64,000 nucleotides of DNA from assembly GCF_030684315.1 (NCBI RefSeq), contig NC_081374.1:12202837-12266836 (forward strand). Reading direction: 5' to 3'. This stretch comes from Stegostoma tigrinum. Its lineage: Eukaryota. A model generated the notes under the pieces. It saw nothing but the letters and a program-made list of their open reading frames with translations, did no database searches and was not told where the DNA came from. Below, one piece after another: positions 49,800 to 63,056 of the stretch. The stretch's first letter is position 1. Each line of letters starts with the position of its first letter. A program made the translations under genes and the position numbers.

Positions 49800-51300
49800 A
49801 CCCAGAAATTTGTGGAAAATTAGGGAAAAAATTGCAGGGCCCCTTGCAGTAATACTTGCATCGTCTGTAGCTATGAGTGAGATGCCTGAGGACTGAGAGT
49901 GGCTAATCTTATGCCCTTGTTTAAGAAAGGATGTAAGGAGCAACCTGGGAACCACAGATCTATGAGCCTAAGTTGTTGGAAGCGATTCTGAAAGATAGCA
50001 TTTGTATGCATTTGGGGAGCCAAGGAATGATTAGGCATAAACAACACAGTTTTGTGCAAGGAAAATGGTGTCTTAAAAACTTGATTGAAATTTTTGAGTA
50101 AGTACCAAAAAAGACTGAAGGGTAGAGCAGTAGACATTGTTTATTTGGACTTTAATAAAGCCTTTGCCAAGGTTCCACATGGCAGGCTAACGAGTAAAGT
50201 TAGATCATATGGGTTTCAGGGTGAACTTGCCAATTGGACACAAAATTGGCTTAACAGCAGGAGACAGAGTGATAGTGGAGGGTTTTTTTTGGAGGCCTGT
50301 TACCAACGGTGTTCCAAAAGGATCAGTGCTGTGACCCCTTTTATTTATCATTTATATAAAAGATTTCGATGAGAGTATATGAGGCATGTTTAGTAAGCTT
50401 GTGGTTGACACGAAGATTAGTCGCATGGTGGGCAGTGAGGAAGGTAATCACAGATTACAGAGAGATCTTCATCAATTAGGTAAATGGGCTGAAGAGTGAC
50501 AGGTGGATTTTAGTTCCAATAAGTGCAAGATCTTGCATTTTGTAAAACAAATAAGGGCAGTGCTTATACAATTAAAAGCAAGGCCTTGGGTAGTTGTAGA
50601 ACAGAGAGACCAAGGGATTCAGGCACATAATTCTTTGAAGTTTGCATCACATTTGGATAGGGTAGTTAATAAGTATTTAGTATGCTTGCCTTCTTTGCTC
50701 AGATCTTTGAATATAAGACTTAGACTGTTATGTTGATGCTTCACAGGACGTTGGTGAGGCATTTTCTGGTGTGTTATATCCAGTTCTGGTCTCTCTGTTA
50801 TAGGAAGGACATTATTAAGCTGGAAAAGTTTCAGAAGACATTTACCAGATTATTACTGGGAATGGAAGATTTGACTTGTAAGTAGAGGCTGGATAGACTG
50901 GGATGTTTTCACTGAAGCATAGGAGGTTGAGGGGTGACGTTGTAGAGGTTTATAAAATCATGAGGAGTATAGAGAAAGTGAATAGCAGGTATCCTTTCCA
51001 CAAGGCAGGGCATTTCAAGACCAGAGGGAATATTTTTAAGGTGAGAAGAAAGATTTTAAAAAGACACCTTGGGCTACTTTTTTACGCAGAGTGTGGTTTG
51101 TGTGTGTAGTAAGCTTCCAGAGGAAGTGATGGATATGGGTACAGTTACAAAGTTTAAAAGAACCTCTTGTTAAGTGCATGAATAAGAAATGTTTTGAGGG
51201 ATATGAGCCAGGAGCAGGCAGGTGGGGTTTGTTCAGTTTGGATTATGGTCAGCATGGATTGGCTGGACTGAAGTGACTGTTTCCACGCTGTATGACTCGA
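49800..51300 (+). mobile_element. CR1-type LINE fragment
   Basis: GRAVDIVYLDFNKAFAKVPH, RRLRGDVVEVYKIMR and 3' UTR. Confidence 0.9.
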
Positions 51301-51520
51301 TGGCTCAATAATATGTTGTTACCAATATACATTGAGCCTATGGAGTCATACAGACTGGCTGAAACTCCAGCTCGGTTCAGCTGCTCAGGGCCATATAGTA
51401 AAGCCGTATGTGTTTTTTAATGATCAACAGATCACCCACATATTGGGTCACTGTACCGTCTCTTAAACATTATGTAAATTTCCCATTTTGAAATAGTAAT
51501 TGTATCAAGGTATATATTAA

Positions 51521-54325
51521 TAGAACATAGAACATAGAACAGTACAGCACAGAACAGGCCCTTCAGCCCACAATGTTGTGCCGACCATTGATCCTCATGT
51601 ATGCACCCTCAAATTTCTGTGACCATATACATGTCCAGCAGTCTCTTAAATGACCCCAATGACCTTGCTTCCACAACTGCTGCTGGCAACGCATTCCATG
51701 CTCTCACAACTCTCTGCGTAAAGAACCTGCCTCTGACATCCCCTCTATACTTTCCTCCAACCAGCTTAAAACTATGACCCCTCGTGCTAGCCATTTCTGC
51801 CCTGGGAAATAGTCTCTGGCTATCAACTCTATCTATGCCTCTCATTATCTTGTATACCTCAATTAGGTCCCCTCTCCTCCTCCTTTTCTCCAATGAAAAG
51901 AGACCGAGCTCAGTCAACCTCTCTTCATAAGATAAGCCCTCCAGTCCAGGCAGCATCCTGGTAAACCTCCTCTGAACCCTCTCCAAAGCATCCACATCTT
52001 TCCTATAATAGGGCGCCCAGAACTGGACGCAGTATTCCAAGTGCGGTCTAACCAAAGTTTTATAGAGCTGCAACAAGATCTCACGACTCTTAAACTCAAT
52101 CCCCCTGTTAATGAAAGCCAAAACACCATATGCTTTCTTAACAACCCTGTCCACTTGGGTGGCCATTTTAAGGGATCTATGTATCTGCACACCACGCTGC
52201 CAAGAATCCTATCCTTAATCCTGTACTCAGCTTTCAATTTCAACCTTCCAAAATGCATCACCTCGCATTTATCCAGGTTGAACTCCATCTGCCACCTCTC
52301 AGCCCATCTCTGCATCCTGTCAATGTCCCGCTGCAGCCTACAACAGCCCTCTACATTGTCAACGACACCTCCGACCTTTGTGTCGTCTGCAAACTTGCTG
52401 ACCCATCCTTCAATCCCAACATCCAAGTCATTAATAAAAATTACAAACAGTAGAGGCCCAAGGACAGAGCCTTGTGGAACCCCACTCACCACTGACTTCC
52501 AGGCAGAATATTTTCCTTCTACTACCACTCGCTGTCTTCTGTTGGCCAGCCAATTCTGTATCCAAGCCGCTAAGTTCCCCTGTATCCCATTCCTCCTGAC
52601 CTTCTGAATGAGCCTACCATGGGGAACCTTATCAAATGCCTTACTGAAGTCCATATACACCACATCCACAGCTCAACCCTAATCAACTCTTCTAGTCACA
52701 TCCTCAAAAAACTCGATAAGGTTTGTAAGGCATGACCTACCCCTCACAAAGCCGTGTTGACTGTATTTGATCAAGCCATGCTCTTCCAGATGGTCATAAA
52801 TCTTAACCCTCAGAATCCTTTCTAACACCTTGCAGATGACAGACGTGAGACTTACCGGTCTATAATTGCCGGGGATTTCCCTATTTCCTTTCTTGAAGAG
52901 AGGAATTACATTTGCCTCTCTCCAGTCCTCAGGTACGACTCCAGTGGAGAGCGAGGATGCAAAGATCTTCGCAAGTGGCGAAGCAATTGCATTTCTCGCT
53001 TCCCAAAGCAGCCGAGGACAAATCTGGTCCGGGCCTGGCGACTTGTCAATCTTAATGTTTGACAAAATTTTCAGCACATCAGCTTCCTCTATCTCTATCC
53101 ATTCCAGCATGCACACCTGCTCTTCAAAGGTTTCATTCACTACAAAGTTCGTTTCTTTCGTAAAGACAGAAGCAAGAAACTCATTTAGGGCTTCCCCTAC
53201 CTCCTCAGGCTCCACACACAAGTTCCCTTTGCTATCCCTGATCGGCCCTACTCTTTCTTTGATCATTCTCTTATTCCTCACGTAAGTGTAAAATGCCTTT
53301 GTGTTTTCCCGGATTCCTTCTGCCAAGCCTTTCTCGTGCCCCCTCCTGGCTCTCCTCAGACCATATTTGAGCTCCTTCCTTGCCTGCATGTAATCCTCTC
53401 TAGCTGAACTTGACCCTAGCTTCCTCCACCTTATGTAAGCTACCTTCTTCCTTTTCACTAGAAGCTCCACCGCTCTCGTCATCCAAGGTTCCTTAATCTT
53501 ACCCCTTCTTGCCTGTCTCAGAGGGACATATTTACTCATCACTCCCAACAACTGTTCCTTAAACCGTCTCCACATGTCTATAGTTCCCTTACCATGGAAC
53601 AACTGCTCCCAGTCCATGCTTCCTAACTCATGTCTAATCGCGTCATAGTTTCCTCTTCCCCAATTAAATATCCTCCCATTCTGCCTAATCCTCTCCTTCT
53701 CCATAGCTATGTAGAATGTGAGGCAGTTATGGTCACTATCACCAAAATGCTCTCCCACCACAAGATCTGATACCTGCCCCGGCTTGTTTCCGAGCACCAA
53801 GTCTAGAATGGCCTCTCCCCTCGTCGGCCTGTCAACGTACTGCGTTAGGAAACCCTCCTGAACACACCTTACAAATACAGCTCCATTCAAATCTTCTGCT
53901 CGAAGGAGGTTCCAATCAATATTAGGAAAGTTAAAGTCACCCATTACAACAACCCTACTGCGTGCACACTTTTCCAAAATCTGTCGACCTATGCTTTCTT
54001 CAATCTCCCTGCTGCTATTGGGGAGCCTGTAGTAAACCCCTAACGAGGTGACTACTCCCTTGCTGTTCCTAATTTCCACCCACACTGACTCGGTAGGCAG
54101 ATCTTCCTCGACAATGGAAGCTTCTGTAGCTGTGATACCCTCTCTGATTAGTAGTGCTACACCCCCTCCTCTTTTTCCCCCCTCCCTATTCTTTTTAAAT
54201 GTTCTAAACCCTGGAACATCCAGCAACCATTCCTGCCCATGAGAAACCCATGTCTCTGTTATGGCCACAACATCATAGCACCAGGTACTGATCCATGCTC
54301 TAAGTTCATCACTTTTATTCCTGAG
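51521..54325 (-). mobile_element. Young CR1-type LINE, most of ORF2 (APE + RT), 5'-truncated
   Basis: Frames 52679..54268, 51914..52669 and 51609..52190 carry GDFN, SDHN, QHGF, DFSKAFD, GVPQGSVLGP and FADD. Only two adjacent stops (~52675) and one deletion frameshift (~52190). (TTCTATG)n tail. Confidence 0.96.
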
Positions 54326-55029
54326 ACTTATTGACTTATCATCCTAAATTTAGAAACAATTATTCCCAGACTTGGTGGATTGAAAGGGTGTTTTTAATAT
54401 CAGAGACACAAGCCTTTGATTGCAGTCAAATGGTCTGCTGGTTCAACACCAGGCCTCTGAAAGGCAAGGCCGTTAATCCAAATTTAATGCCTGTACATTT
54501 CTAAAGCCACACATATAGCAATATTGAAGGCATATGTTGAAATTGAAAGAGGTAGTAAGAACTGCAAATGCAGGAGTCAGAGATAACTCAGCAGGCCAGG
54601 AAGCATCAGAGGAGCAGTGAAGTTGATGTTTCGGATTGAGATCCAACGTGAAACATCAGCTTTCCCGCTCCTCTGATGCTACCTGGCCTGCTCTGTTCTT
54701 CCAGTTCCACATTGTGTCATATGTGGTGAAATTAAAAGGCAAGCTGACAGCAGAAACAGTTATTTCTCTGTCTCTGAAGGAGGAAGGGCCAAAGTCACCA
54801 TTTGAGGTCATCTCATAATTATGTGCAGTTTGTTTAAAGGAAGTCTTGAAATCTCCCCCTGTAAGTTCAAGCTGATTCCTTCAATTCTTATTGTCCTTTC
54901 TTTGACTTTATTTAAACATTCCAATTTTCTTAAAAATGTTTCTGGTTTTTTTTGTAAAACCAACTTCAGAAACAATTAATGCATACGACAAGATTCTGAG
55001 TTCGAACTGCACATTTGTAAATTGGAAGA

Positions 55030-55700
55030 GGGGATTGTTTAATGAGACCCAATTGTCCTCGTGCACCAGTCACTGAAAGTAAACACACCAGTGCAACAGG
55101 CAATAGAGAATGCAAACAGTATGATGGCCTTCATAGTGAGGGGATTCAAGAACAGGAACAATAATGCCTTGCTACAATTATACAGGGCATTGGTGAGGCC
55201 ACACCTGGAATATTGTGTGCCATTTTGGTCTCCTTATCTGAGGGAGGATGTTCTTCTACGACAGAGTTCAGGTATGATATAGCAACTCGAATTCTGGAAT
55301 GGCAGGACTGACGTATGATGAGAAATTAAAATCAGTTAGATTGTGTTCACTGAAGTTCAGAAGAAATAGGGAGTGGATCTCGTGGAAACCTGTAAATTTC
55401 TAAAAAGACTAGACAGATTAAATACAGAAAGGCTGTTCCCAATGGTGGGGGAGTCCAGAGCCAAGTATTATAGTTTAAAGATAAGGGGTAAACCTTTCAG
55501 ACCGAGATGTGAAGAACCTCCTTCACCCTCAAAGGGTTGAGCCTGTGGAATTCATTACCAATGAAAGTGGTTGAAGCCAAACCTTTGTGTTTTCATGAAG
55601 GAGATAGATAGAGCTCTTGTCACTCAAGGTGGGATGAGGGTTTTGAGCTTGAAGATCAGCCACAATCGTATTAAATGGTGGGGCAGGTTCGAGGGGTTGA
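55030..55700 (+). mobile_element. CR1-type LINE 3' fragment
   Basis: LLQLYRALVRPHLEYCVPFWSP. Confidence 0.85.
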
Positions 55701-55705
55701 AAGAG

Positions 55706-57963
55706 ACAAAAAAACTGCTGGAATCTAAGGTAGACAAACAGGAGGCTAGAAGAACACAGCTGGCCAGGCAGCATCTGGAGGAAAGGAGCAGTCAACATTT
55801 CAGGTATTACCCTTCTTCCGTACTGGGTGTGGGGGCAGGGGAAGCTGCAGATAAAAAGAGGCGGGGAAAGGGGGAGGTGGAATGGTGGTGATAAGTGGAC
55901 GCTGGTGGTAGGTATGGCCTGGTTGGTCGGTGGGAGGGATGAATCCAGTTGGTGGCTGGAAGGGATGGTCAGAGGTGGAATGGATGGGATGAGGTGAGGC
56001 TGGAAGGGGAGCCAGAGGATGGATGGAAAGGTTATTTGAAATTGAAGAACTCAATGTTGAGTCCTCCAGGCTGTAGAGTGCCCAGGCAGAAGATGAGGTG
56101 TTGTTCTTCAAATTTGCGGTCCAACATACTGCAACACTGGAGGAGGCCGAGGATGGACGTGTTGGAGGGGGAGTGGGGAGGGGAGGTGAAATTGTCAGTG
56201 ATTGGGAGGTTAAGTTGCCCATAATGAGCCAGGCAGAGATGCTCGGTGAAACAATCACTAGTCCATGTTAGGCCTCACAGACGTAGACCAGACAACATCT
56301 GGAGCACCGGATGTAATTGACTAGGTTGGAGGAGATGCAGATGAAGCTCTGTCTCACCTGGAAGGACTGTTTACAGCCTTGAATGGAGGTGGTCTGCGGG
56401 CAGCTGTTGCATCTTTTACGGTTCCAGGGCAAGGCACTGGACGGGTTGGAGTGGTCGGTGGGGAATGTGGCGCGAACTAAGGAGTGGTGAAGGGAATGGT
56501 CCTTGCAGAATGTAGAGAGGGGTGGGGAGTAGAAGATGTTCCAGGTGGTGGGGTCTGATTGGAGTTGGCAGAAGTGTTTGAGGATGATATGTTGGACGCA
56601 GAGGCTGGTGGAGAGGAAAGTGAAGGCAAGGGGTGCCTATCTTTATTAAGTTTATTAACCTTCATTAAGGTTGCCCGTGGGCATTCGCACTGCCCCCAGC
56701 TAAGCCTGCCTGTTTGTAAGTTATGTCGAACAGTCCCTCTTCAGTACATATACCAGTACTGCTCCCCAGCTCTTCCACCGATACATCAATGACTGCATCG
56801 GAGCTGCATCTCCGTTTCCATTTCTGGTGACAGCTTGCATACCAACATTTACTATAAACCCACAGACACCCATAGCTACCTAGACCACACCTCTTCCCAC
56901 CCTGTATCCTTCAAATACTCCATCCCGTTTTCCCAATTCCTCCATTTCCATTGCATCTGCTCTGACGAGGAGATGTTCCACTCTCAAGCATCCCAGATGT
57001 CTGCCTTTTTCAAACAACACTCTTTACCCCCATCTGTAATCTAGACAGTCCTCCACCACACCTCTTCCATTTCCCACTCCACAGATCTTAACCACAGACA
57101 CTCACCCCTCACGTTCACTTTCCACCCCACCAACCTCCACATCCAACATATCATCCACAAACACTTCTGCCAACTCCAATTAGACCCCGCCACCTAGAAC
57201 ATCTACCACCCCTAGCCCTCTCTGCCAACCACGAGAACCATTCCCTTCGCCACTCCTTAGTTTGCACCCATCTCCAACCCGCCCAGTACCTTCCCCTGTA
57301 ACCGTACAATCTGCAACACCCACCCACAGACCACCTCCCTCACCTCCATTCAAGGCCCTAAACGGCCCTTCCAGGTGAGTCAGAGCTTCACCTGCATGTC
57401 CTCCAACCCTAATCTATTGCATCCGGTGCTCCTGATGTGGTCTTCTCTACATGGGTGGGATCAAATGTACACTAGATGATCATTTTGCTGAGCCTGGCCT
57501 GCAAAAGCTGACTTAACCTCCCGGTCACCACCTATTTCAGCTCCCTGTCCCACTCGCCATCTGACAGTTCCATTCTTGGCCTCCTCTAGTGTCGCAGTGA
57601 CTCAATGCAAATTTGAAGAACAAGACATTATCTTCTGCCTGGGTACCCTACAGCTTGAAGGACTCAATATTGAATTCTCCAATTTCAAATAGACTTCCCA
57701 CTCATCTCGTGCCTCCCCTTCCAGCCCCACCTCCTCCCTTCCATTCCACTTACTGACCCTCCCTTCCAGCCACCAACTGGAGTCATCCCTCCCACAGACC
57801 AACCACCAGTGTCCATTTATCACCATCATTCTACCTCCACCCTTTCCCCTTCTCTCTTTATCTGTAGCTTCCCCTACCCCCACCTCCAGTCCTAAAGAAG
57901 GGTAATACCTGAAACATTGACTGCCTGGCCTGTTGTGTTCTTGCACCCTCCTGTTTGTCGATC
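55706..57963. mobile_element. Head-to-head pair of decayed Penelope-like segments (- 55706-56645, + 56665-57963)
   Basis: Both arms encode the GIY-YIG region and the same 3' end. The right arm has YYKPTDTHSYLDHTSSHP. Confidence 0.88.
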
Positions 57964-58260
57964 AAGGGTTGTAACGGCCTACTCCTGCTACTATCTTCTA
58001 TGTTCCTACAGTCTATGTCAGCTAAGCTTCAGCTCATCTGTCAGTTTTTGGAATAATTTGAGTTTCTCACAGCATAGAAAGCTTGTTTTTAAGTTAAAAC
58101 TGAAAAATAAAGTTAACACCATTCGCAAACATTTTAACTTCCTGTTTTACTTGAGAATTACTCAACACATCCAAAACTATGTCTCTCAACTTCTCAAAGT
58201 CAAACCCAGCAGACAGGAAACATGTGAATACGATTTCAAGCCTTACCAAAACTGCTTCCT

Positions 58261-58552
58261 CATAGAATTATAGAACCCCTACACTGCAGAAAGAGGCCAA
58301 TCAGCCCATCGAGTCTGCAAACAGCCTTCCAAGGAGCATCCCACCCAAACCCAGCCCCAACCTTATCCCCGTAACTCCACATTTGCTATGGCTAGTCCAC
58401 CCAGCCTGCACATCCCTAAATGCCATGAACAATTTAGCATGAACAATCCACCTCGTGCACATTTTTGGACTGTGGGAGTAAACCCAGCAGAAGCCCACAG
58501 AGACACGGTGTAAACATGCAAACTCCACACAGATAGTCACCCAAGGCTAGAA
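58261..58552 (-). mobile_element. HE1-like SINE, 5'-truncated
   Basis: Core and tail in reverse complement. Confidence 0.8.
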
Positions 58553-59061
58553 GCAATGAGTTGAACAAACTGCCCCTTTTTTTAAATGCTATGAGATCAT
58601 TGATTCATTATTGTCAGTGGGCATCACTCTTAGAACTTCTGGGAGGCCACAGCACTCTATCTACAATGACGCTTGAATTTACAAGCTGCTACCTCAAAGA
58701 TATTATCAACTATACCTGGATATTCACTTGGACTGTGGTCATCCCAAGATCAAATTTCCTGAATCCACTGTGTGTGCTGGTTAACAAGAATTTAACCTGT
58801 TTATGTGAAATTCCTATTTTAACAAAAGTATGCATTTGCTTTTGCAAAACATTTGTTCACAAGACAGGCAAAGATATTTAGTGGGAACATGCTAACTGCT
58901 CATGTAATCATTCTTGCATCATATAATAAATGTCATAGCATTCCCTTAAATGCTGTAATAACGAATAGATGCTTACTCCTTATTCTATTTAGGGCTGCAG
59001 ATGTGGTAATGTTAAAATGTGTTTCTCATTATGCTCCATGTATCTTGATTGTATTTTGCAG

Positions 59062-59192
59062 TGAAGAAAATCTCCCATTGGATCTTATGGCGTCATGGCA
59101 AGTTATTCTAGTCGTTGTGGTACTGATCATCATCGTTCTGCTCGCTGCTGCTGTTATTCTTTACGTAAAATTAAAACAGCAGAAGAAAAGTG
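59062..59192 (+). CDS. Gene C transmembrane exon (uncharged TM)
   Basis: TATTTTGCAG|..AGTG|GTATGT, phase 2 to 1; (S)EENLPLDLMASWQVILVVVVLIIIVLLAAAVILYVKLKQQKKS. Confidence 0.92.
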
Positions 59193-59514
59193 GTATGTTC
59201 AGTCTGGCAGAAAATCTAAAAGATTTGTTTAAAACATCCATGAAAATGAATTTGCATTTCTTTATTTAAAAGCAGCAAAGTTACAGTTTGAGGCCAGAGA
59301 TTGCTGCTTCCTGACAGACCTGTGCTATTCCCTGCATCACCATTTAAACTAAATTGTTCATGGTGTTTAGGGATGTGCAGTTAAACTGTATAAACACAAG
59401 GGAATGAAACTCAAAGGTCAGGCAACATAGACAATTAGCATTATTAGCTAAATGCCTGTTTCACAAATAGAAGCCAGACTTGGACCCCCAAAATTATTTA
59501 TAAAGTTTGTAAAG

Positions 59515-59925
59515 TTTGGAGTATAGACAGATGAGGGAGGATCGAATTGAAACTTTTAGAATACTGAATGGCCTGGACAGAGTGGATGTTGGGAAGATGC
59601 TTCCATTGGTAGGAGAGTCTAAGGCCCGAGGGCACAGCTTTAGAGTAAACGGAAGACGTTTTAGAACAGAGATAAGGAGAAATTTCTTCAGCCAGTTAGT
59701 GGTGAATCCATGGGATTCACTGCCACAGAAGGTTGTGGAGGCCAGGTCATTGAGTACAGTGAAGACTGAAATAGATAAATAGGCTCTGGATTATTAAAGG
59801 GATTAAGGGTTGCTGGGAGAAAGCAGGAGAATGGGGTTGAGGAACTTATCAGCCATGATTGAATGGCAGAGCAGACTCAATGGGCCGAATAGCCTAATTT
59901 CTGCTCCTGTGTCTTATGGACTTAA
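59515..59925 (+). mobile_element. CR1-type LINE 3' fragment
   Basis: IETFRILNGLDRVD..RRNFFSQLVVNPWDSLP. Confidence 0.88.
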
Positions 59926-60199
59926 AGTGGGGAAATCAAATGACTTATCACTGTAATCTCGGCTAATATAGGTGTTCTTGTCTGGAGCAGCAAATTGATC
60001 TCAATGGTTTAAGGATATTACAAGGAAAGCATACGTTGGCAAGGTAGCAGATGATAGGATTGGGCCTTCAGTTCTGAGGAAGGGTCACCGGACCCAAAAC
60101 ATTAACACTGATTTTTTACTTCACAGATGCTGCCAGACCTGCTGAGCTTTTCCAGCAACTTTGTTTCTGGTCCTTACTCTGATGCCTTCAACAACTGAA

Positions 60200-60620
60200 T
60201 TACTTGATTTGATTTGATTTTTTTGAATTATTGTAGTAACATGTACCTAAGTACAGTGAAAAGCTTTGTTTTGCAAGAAGTATAGGCAGATCATAGCAAA
60301 CAAGGACGTACAGAGCATAGGATGCTTAAACAGAGAGAGGCGTACAAGGTTATGGTTACATAGGAGGAGCAAAAAGCAAGATCAACATTAGCAAGATCGA
60401 CTATTATTCGAAGTTACAGAAGTCTATTCAACAGTCTAATAACAGCAGGGCAAAGCTGTTCTTGAACCTGTTGGTACATGTGTTCAAGCTTTTGTATCTT
60501 CTGCCTGACAGAAGAGGTTGCAGGAGAGCATTACCGGGATGGGATGGGTCTTTGATGATGTTGGCAGCCTTTCCACAACAACAAGAAGTGTAAATGGAGT
60601 CCATGGATGGGAAGTCAGCA
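60200..60620 (-). mobile_element. Rex1/Babar-type LINE 3' fragment
   Basis: KAANIIKDPSHPGNALLQPLLSGRRYKSLNTCTNRFKNSF and an (AAATC)n tail. Confidence 0.75.
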
Positions 60621-61007
60621 AACTGTACATTCAGTGCCAGAAACTGAGTATTTGAGCCAGATATTGAAGGCAGCTGGGAAAAGAGAAGTGGCATGTCAGC
60701 AATAGCCAACAATCGACAGAAGACAAGGGAGATTGGCGAGCAAATTAACAAATGAGAATGTCTGCCTAACAGGAGAAGGAAAATCAGCTATGCACAAATA
60801 AAAATAGTTGGGCTACTTCCAACAACATTTTACCTTTGACTGATACCAGCGAGGAAACCATAGCATTTGTTTTACATTGTTTTAATTCAAAAGATGATCT
60901 GGATTTTGTAGACAGTAGTGAAGTGATGATATCACTGCTGACATTCAAAAAAGCTGCCCGGATCTCATTATCTCATTGCTAATTTCATTCTGATACCAAC
61001 TCTTCAG

Positions 61008-61022
61008 GTAATCCAATATCTG
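61008..61022 (+). CDS. Gene C candidate 15-nt cytoplasmic microexon
   Basis: Branch-point-like GCTAAT ~60978; CTCTTCAG|GTAATCCAATATCTG|GTATGC. Symmetric phase 1; (G)NPIS. Confidence 0.4.
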
Positions 61023-61042
61023 GTATGCATAATTCTATCACA

Positions 61043-61320
61043 GCAGCACGGTGGCTCAGTGGTTAGCACTGCAGCCTCACAGCGCCAGGGACCCTGGTTC
61101 GATTCCAGCCTCGGGCAACTGTCTGCGTGGGTTTCCTCCGGGTGCTCCGGTTTCCTCCCACAGTCCAAAGATGTGCAGGCTAGGTGGATTGGCCATGCTA
61201 AATTGCCCATAGTGTTCAGGGGTGTGTGGGTTATTGGGGGATGGGTCGGGGTGGGAGGCTTCAAGGGGTGGTCTGGACTTGTTGGGCCGAAGGGCCTGTT
61301 TCCACACTGTAGGGAATCTT
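61043..61320 (+). mobile_element. HE1-like SINE
   Basis: A/B boxes, core with an internal deletion, and tail. Confidence 0.9.
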
Positions 61321-61732
61321 ATCAGACAGCCTAAAAAATTTAAAGGTTTCTCATAGATGGCAAAAAATGTATTTTATCATTTACTTTCTATAATTTTATA
61401 GAAAAAAAATACTTGGACATGTGCATGTGATTAAGTCAGAACCTGAAAATTGATAAAATGTTGTATTTTAAAAATCTATGGACTCTTTAAAATAGAATGC
61501 AGAAAGTTCACATGCCATAAATATAAAATTGTTCTTTCAGGGCTAGAAAGATTGATCAACAATAGTTATTTAATGTGCTGTTAAAAATTCTTCTTTCATA
61601 AAGGCATAATTTTTCAAGATACTTATTGTAATTAATTGTATGAGATATGAAAATTGGCATCAATCAGTGTTGTCTAATTGATTTCCATTTATCAGGGCCT
61701 CAATAGCGCACCCTGTGGAAGAACAGATCATA

Positions 61733-62048
61733 AGCGGCATGGTGCCTCACAGCTTCAGGGACCCGGTTTCGATTCTACCCTCAGGCAACTGTCTGTGTGG
61801 AGTTTGCACATTCTCCTCATGTCTGCATGGGTTTCCTCTGTGTGCTCTGGTTTCCTCCCACAGTCCAAAAATGTGCAGGGTAGGTGGATTGGTCATGCTA
61901 AATTTTTGCCCATAGTGCCCAGGGATGTTTAGGTTAGATTGGTTAGACATGGGAAATTAGGGGAATGGGCCTGGGGGGGATGCTCTTCAGAGGGACAGTG
62001 TGGATTTGTTGGGTTAAATGGCCTGTTTCCACACTGTAGGGATTCTTT
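61733..62048 (+). mobile_element. HE1-like SINE
   Basis: Partly deleted A box, B box, core and tail. Confidence 0.85.
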
Positions 62049-62629
62049 GATCTTCTATGATTATCACTACGAGCAACTCTATAAATTTCCACGTTTAACA
62101 CATTTGTTCAGATAATAGAGGCTGCTGTCATTTTCACACAGCAATGTTGATGCCTTCACTGAAATAACAACTGAATACTGTAGGCCCGTACAAGGAGCTT
62201 CAAAGCTGACGGAGAAGCAGGGAGAGAGGGAGATGGACAATGATATTTTGCACGAGTATTACTAATATCTCACAAGTGACTAATTAATGAATCAATTACA
62301 ATACATTTGAAACCAATGAATTCTGTAACTGAACACAGCCTCCGGATGGCATGATAAGAAACTATAATTCTTTAAGCTATCTTACAGAGGAATAAAATCT
62401 CTGCGGAGCCCGGTAGCTGGTGAAGCATAAATTCAGTGAATTAACAAACTGGAATTGAAACATGGATTGTTGTAAAAATGTATCTAGTCACTGATGTCCT
62501 TTGGGCCTGGTCAATATGTGCCCTCCAGAGTGGCCAGGTAAACCATACAGTTCAATGCATTGTCAGCAACACCCACATCTAGAGAGGAAAAAAAATGTAA
62601 AATGCTCCTATTATAATTTTATTTTTCAG

Positions 62630-62682
62630 TCACAGTTGAACGGAATGCAGCTGGCTTTGGTAGTCTTGCTTCCTCCGTCACG
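62630..62682 (+). CDS. Gene C cytoplasmic exon (gene continues beyond window)
   Basis: TTTTATTTTTCAG|..ACG|GTAAGA, phase 1 to 0 like gene A exon 9086-9141; (V)TVERNAAGFGSLASSVT. Confidence 0.65.
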
Positions 62683-63056
62683 GTAAGAAGATTCTATGTC
62701 AAGCTCACATGATGACAAAAGGTCCAAGGCAACATTTGATAACTCTGATTGGATACAGCATGGCATGACAATCTGACTACATGACACTCGCACACGTGAC
62801 CACTGATCACATGATGCTTAATTGCAAACATTAGTGCATTTACTTCAAAAAGGTCAGGTCACCTAGAGTTGCTCCTGGATGAGCCACTGTCTCACAGAGA
62901 GAACTGAAAGGTCACAAGTGCACTGATGGTAAGGAAACATAGGGGTCAAAGATGAAGAAGCAATTTGTGGAGGGGAATCCAAATGGGAGGACCTGTTGTT
63001 TCAACATTAGCTAGAAGCGAATCATTGGAGAAGTGTTGGTAACTCATATTAATGTT

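Noticed and set aside
62142-62265. Terminal exon NVDAFTEITTEY..HEYY* with AATAAA at 62391
   Set aside because: Open only in phase 2, so it cannot follow the TM exon, and a better exon lies at 62630. It would need TM skipping, for which there is no evidence.
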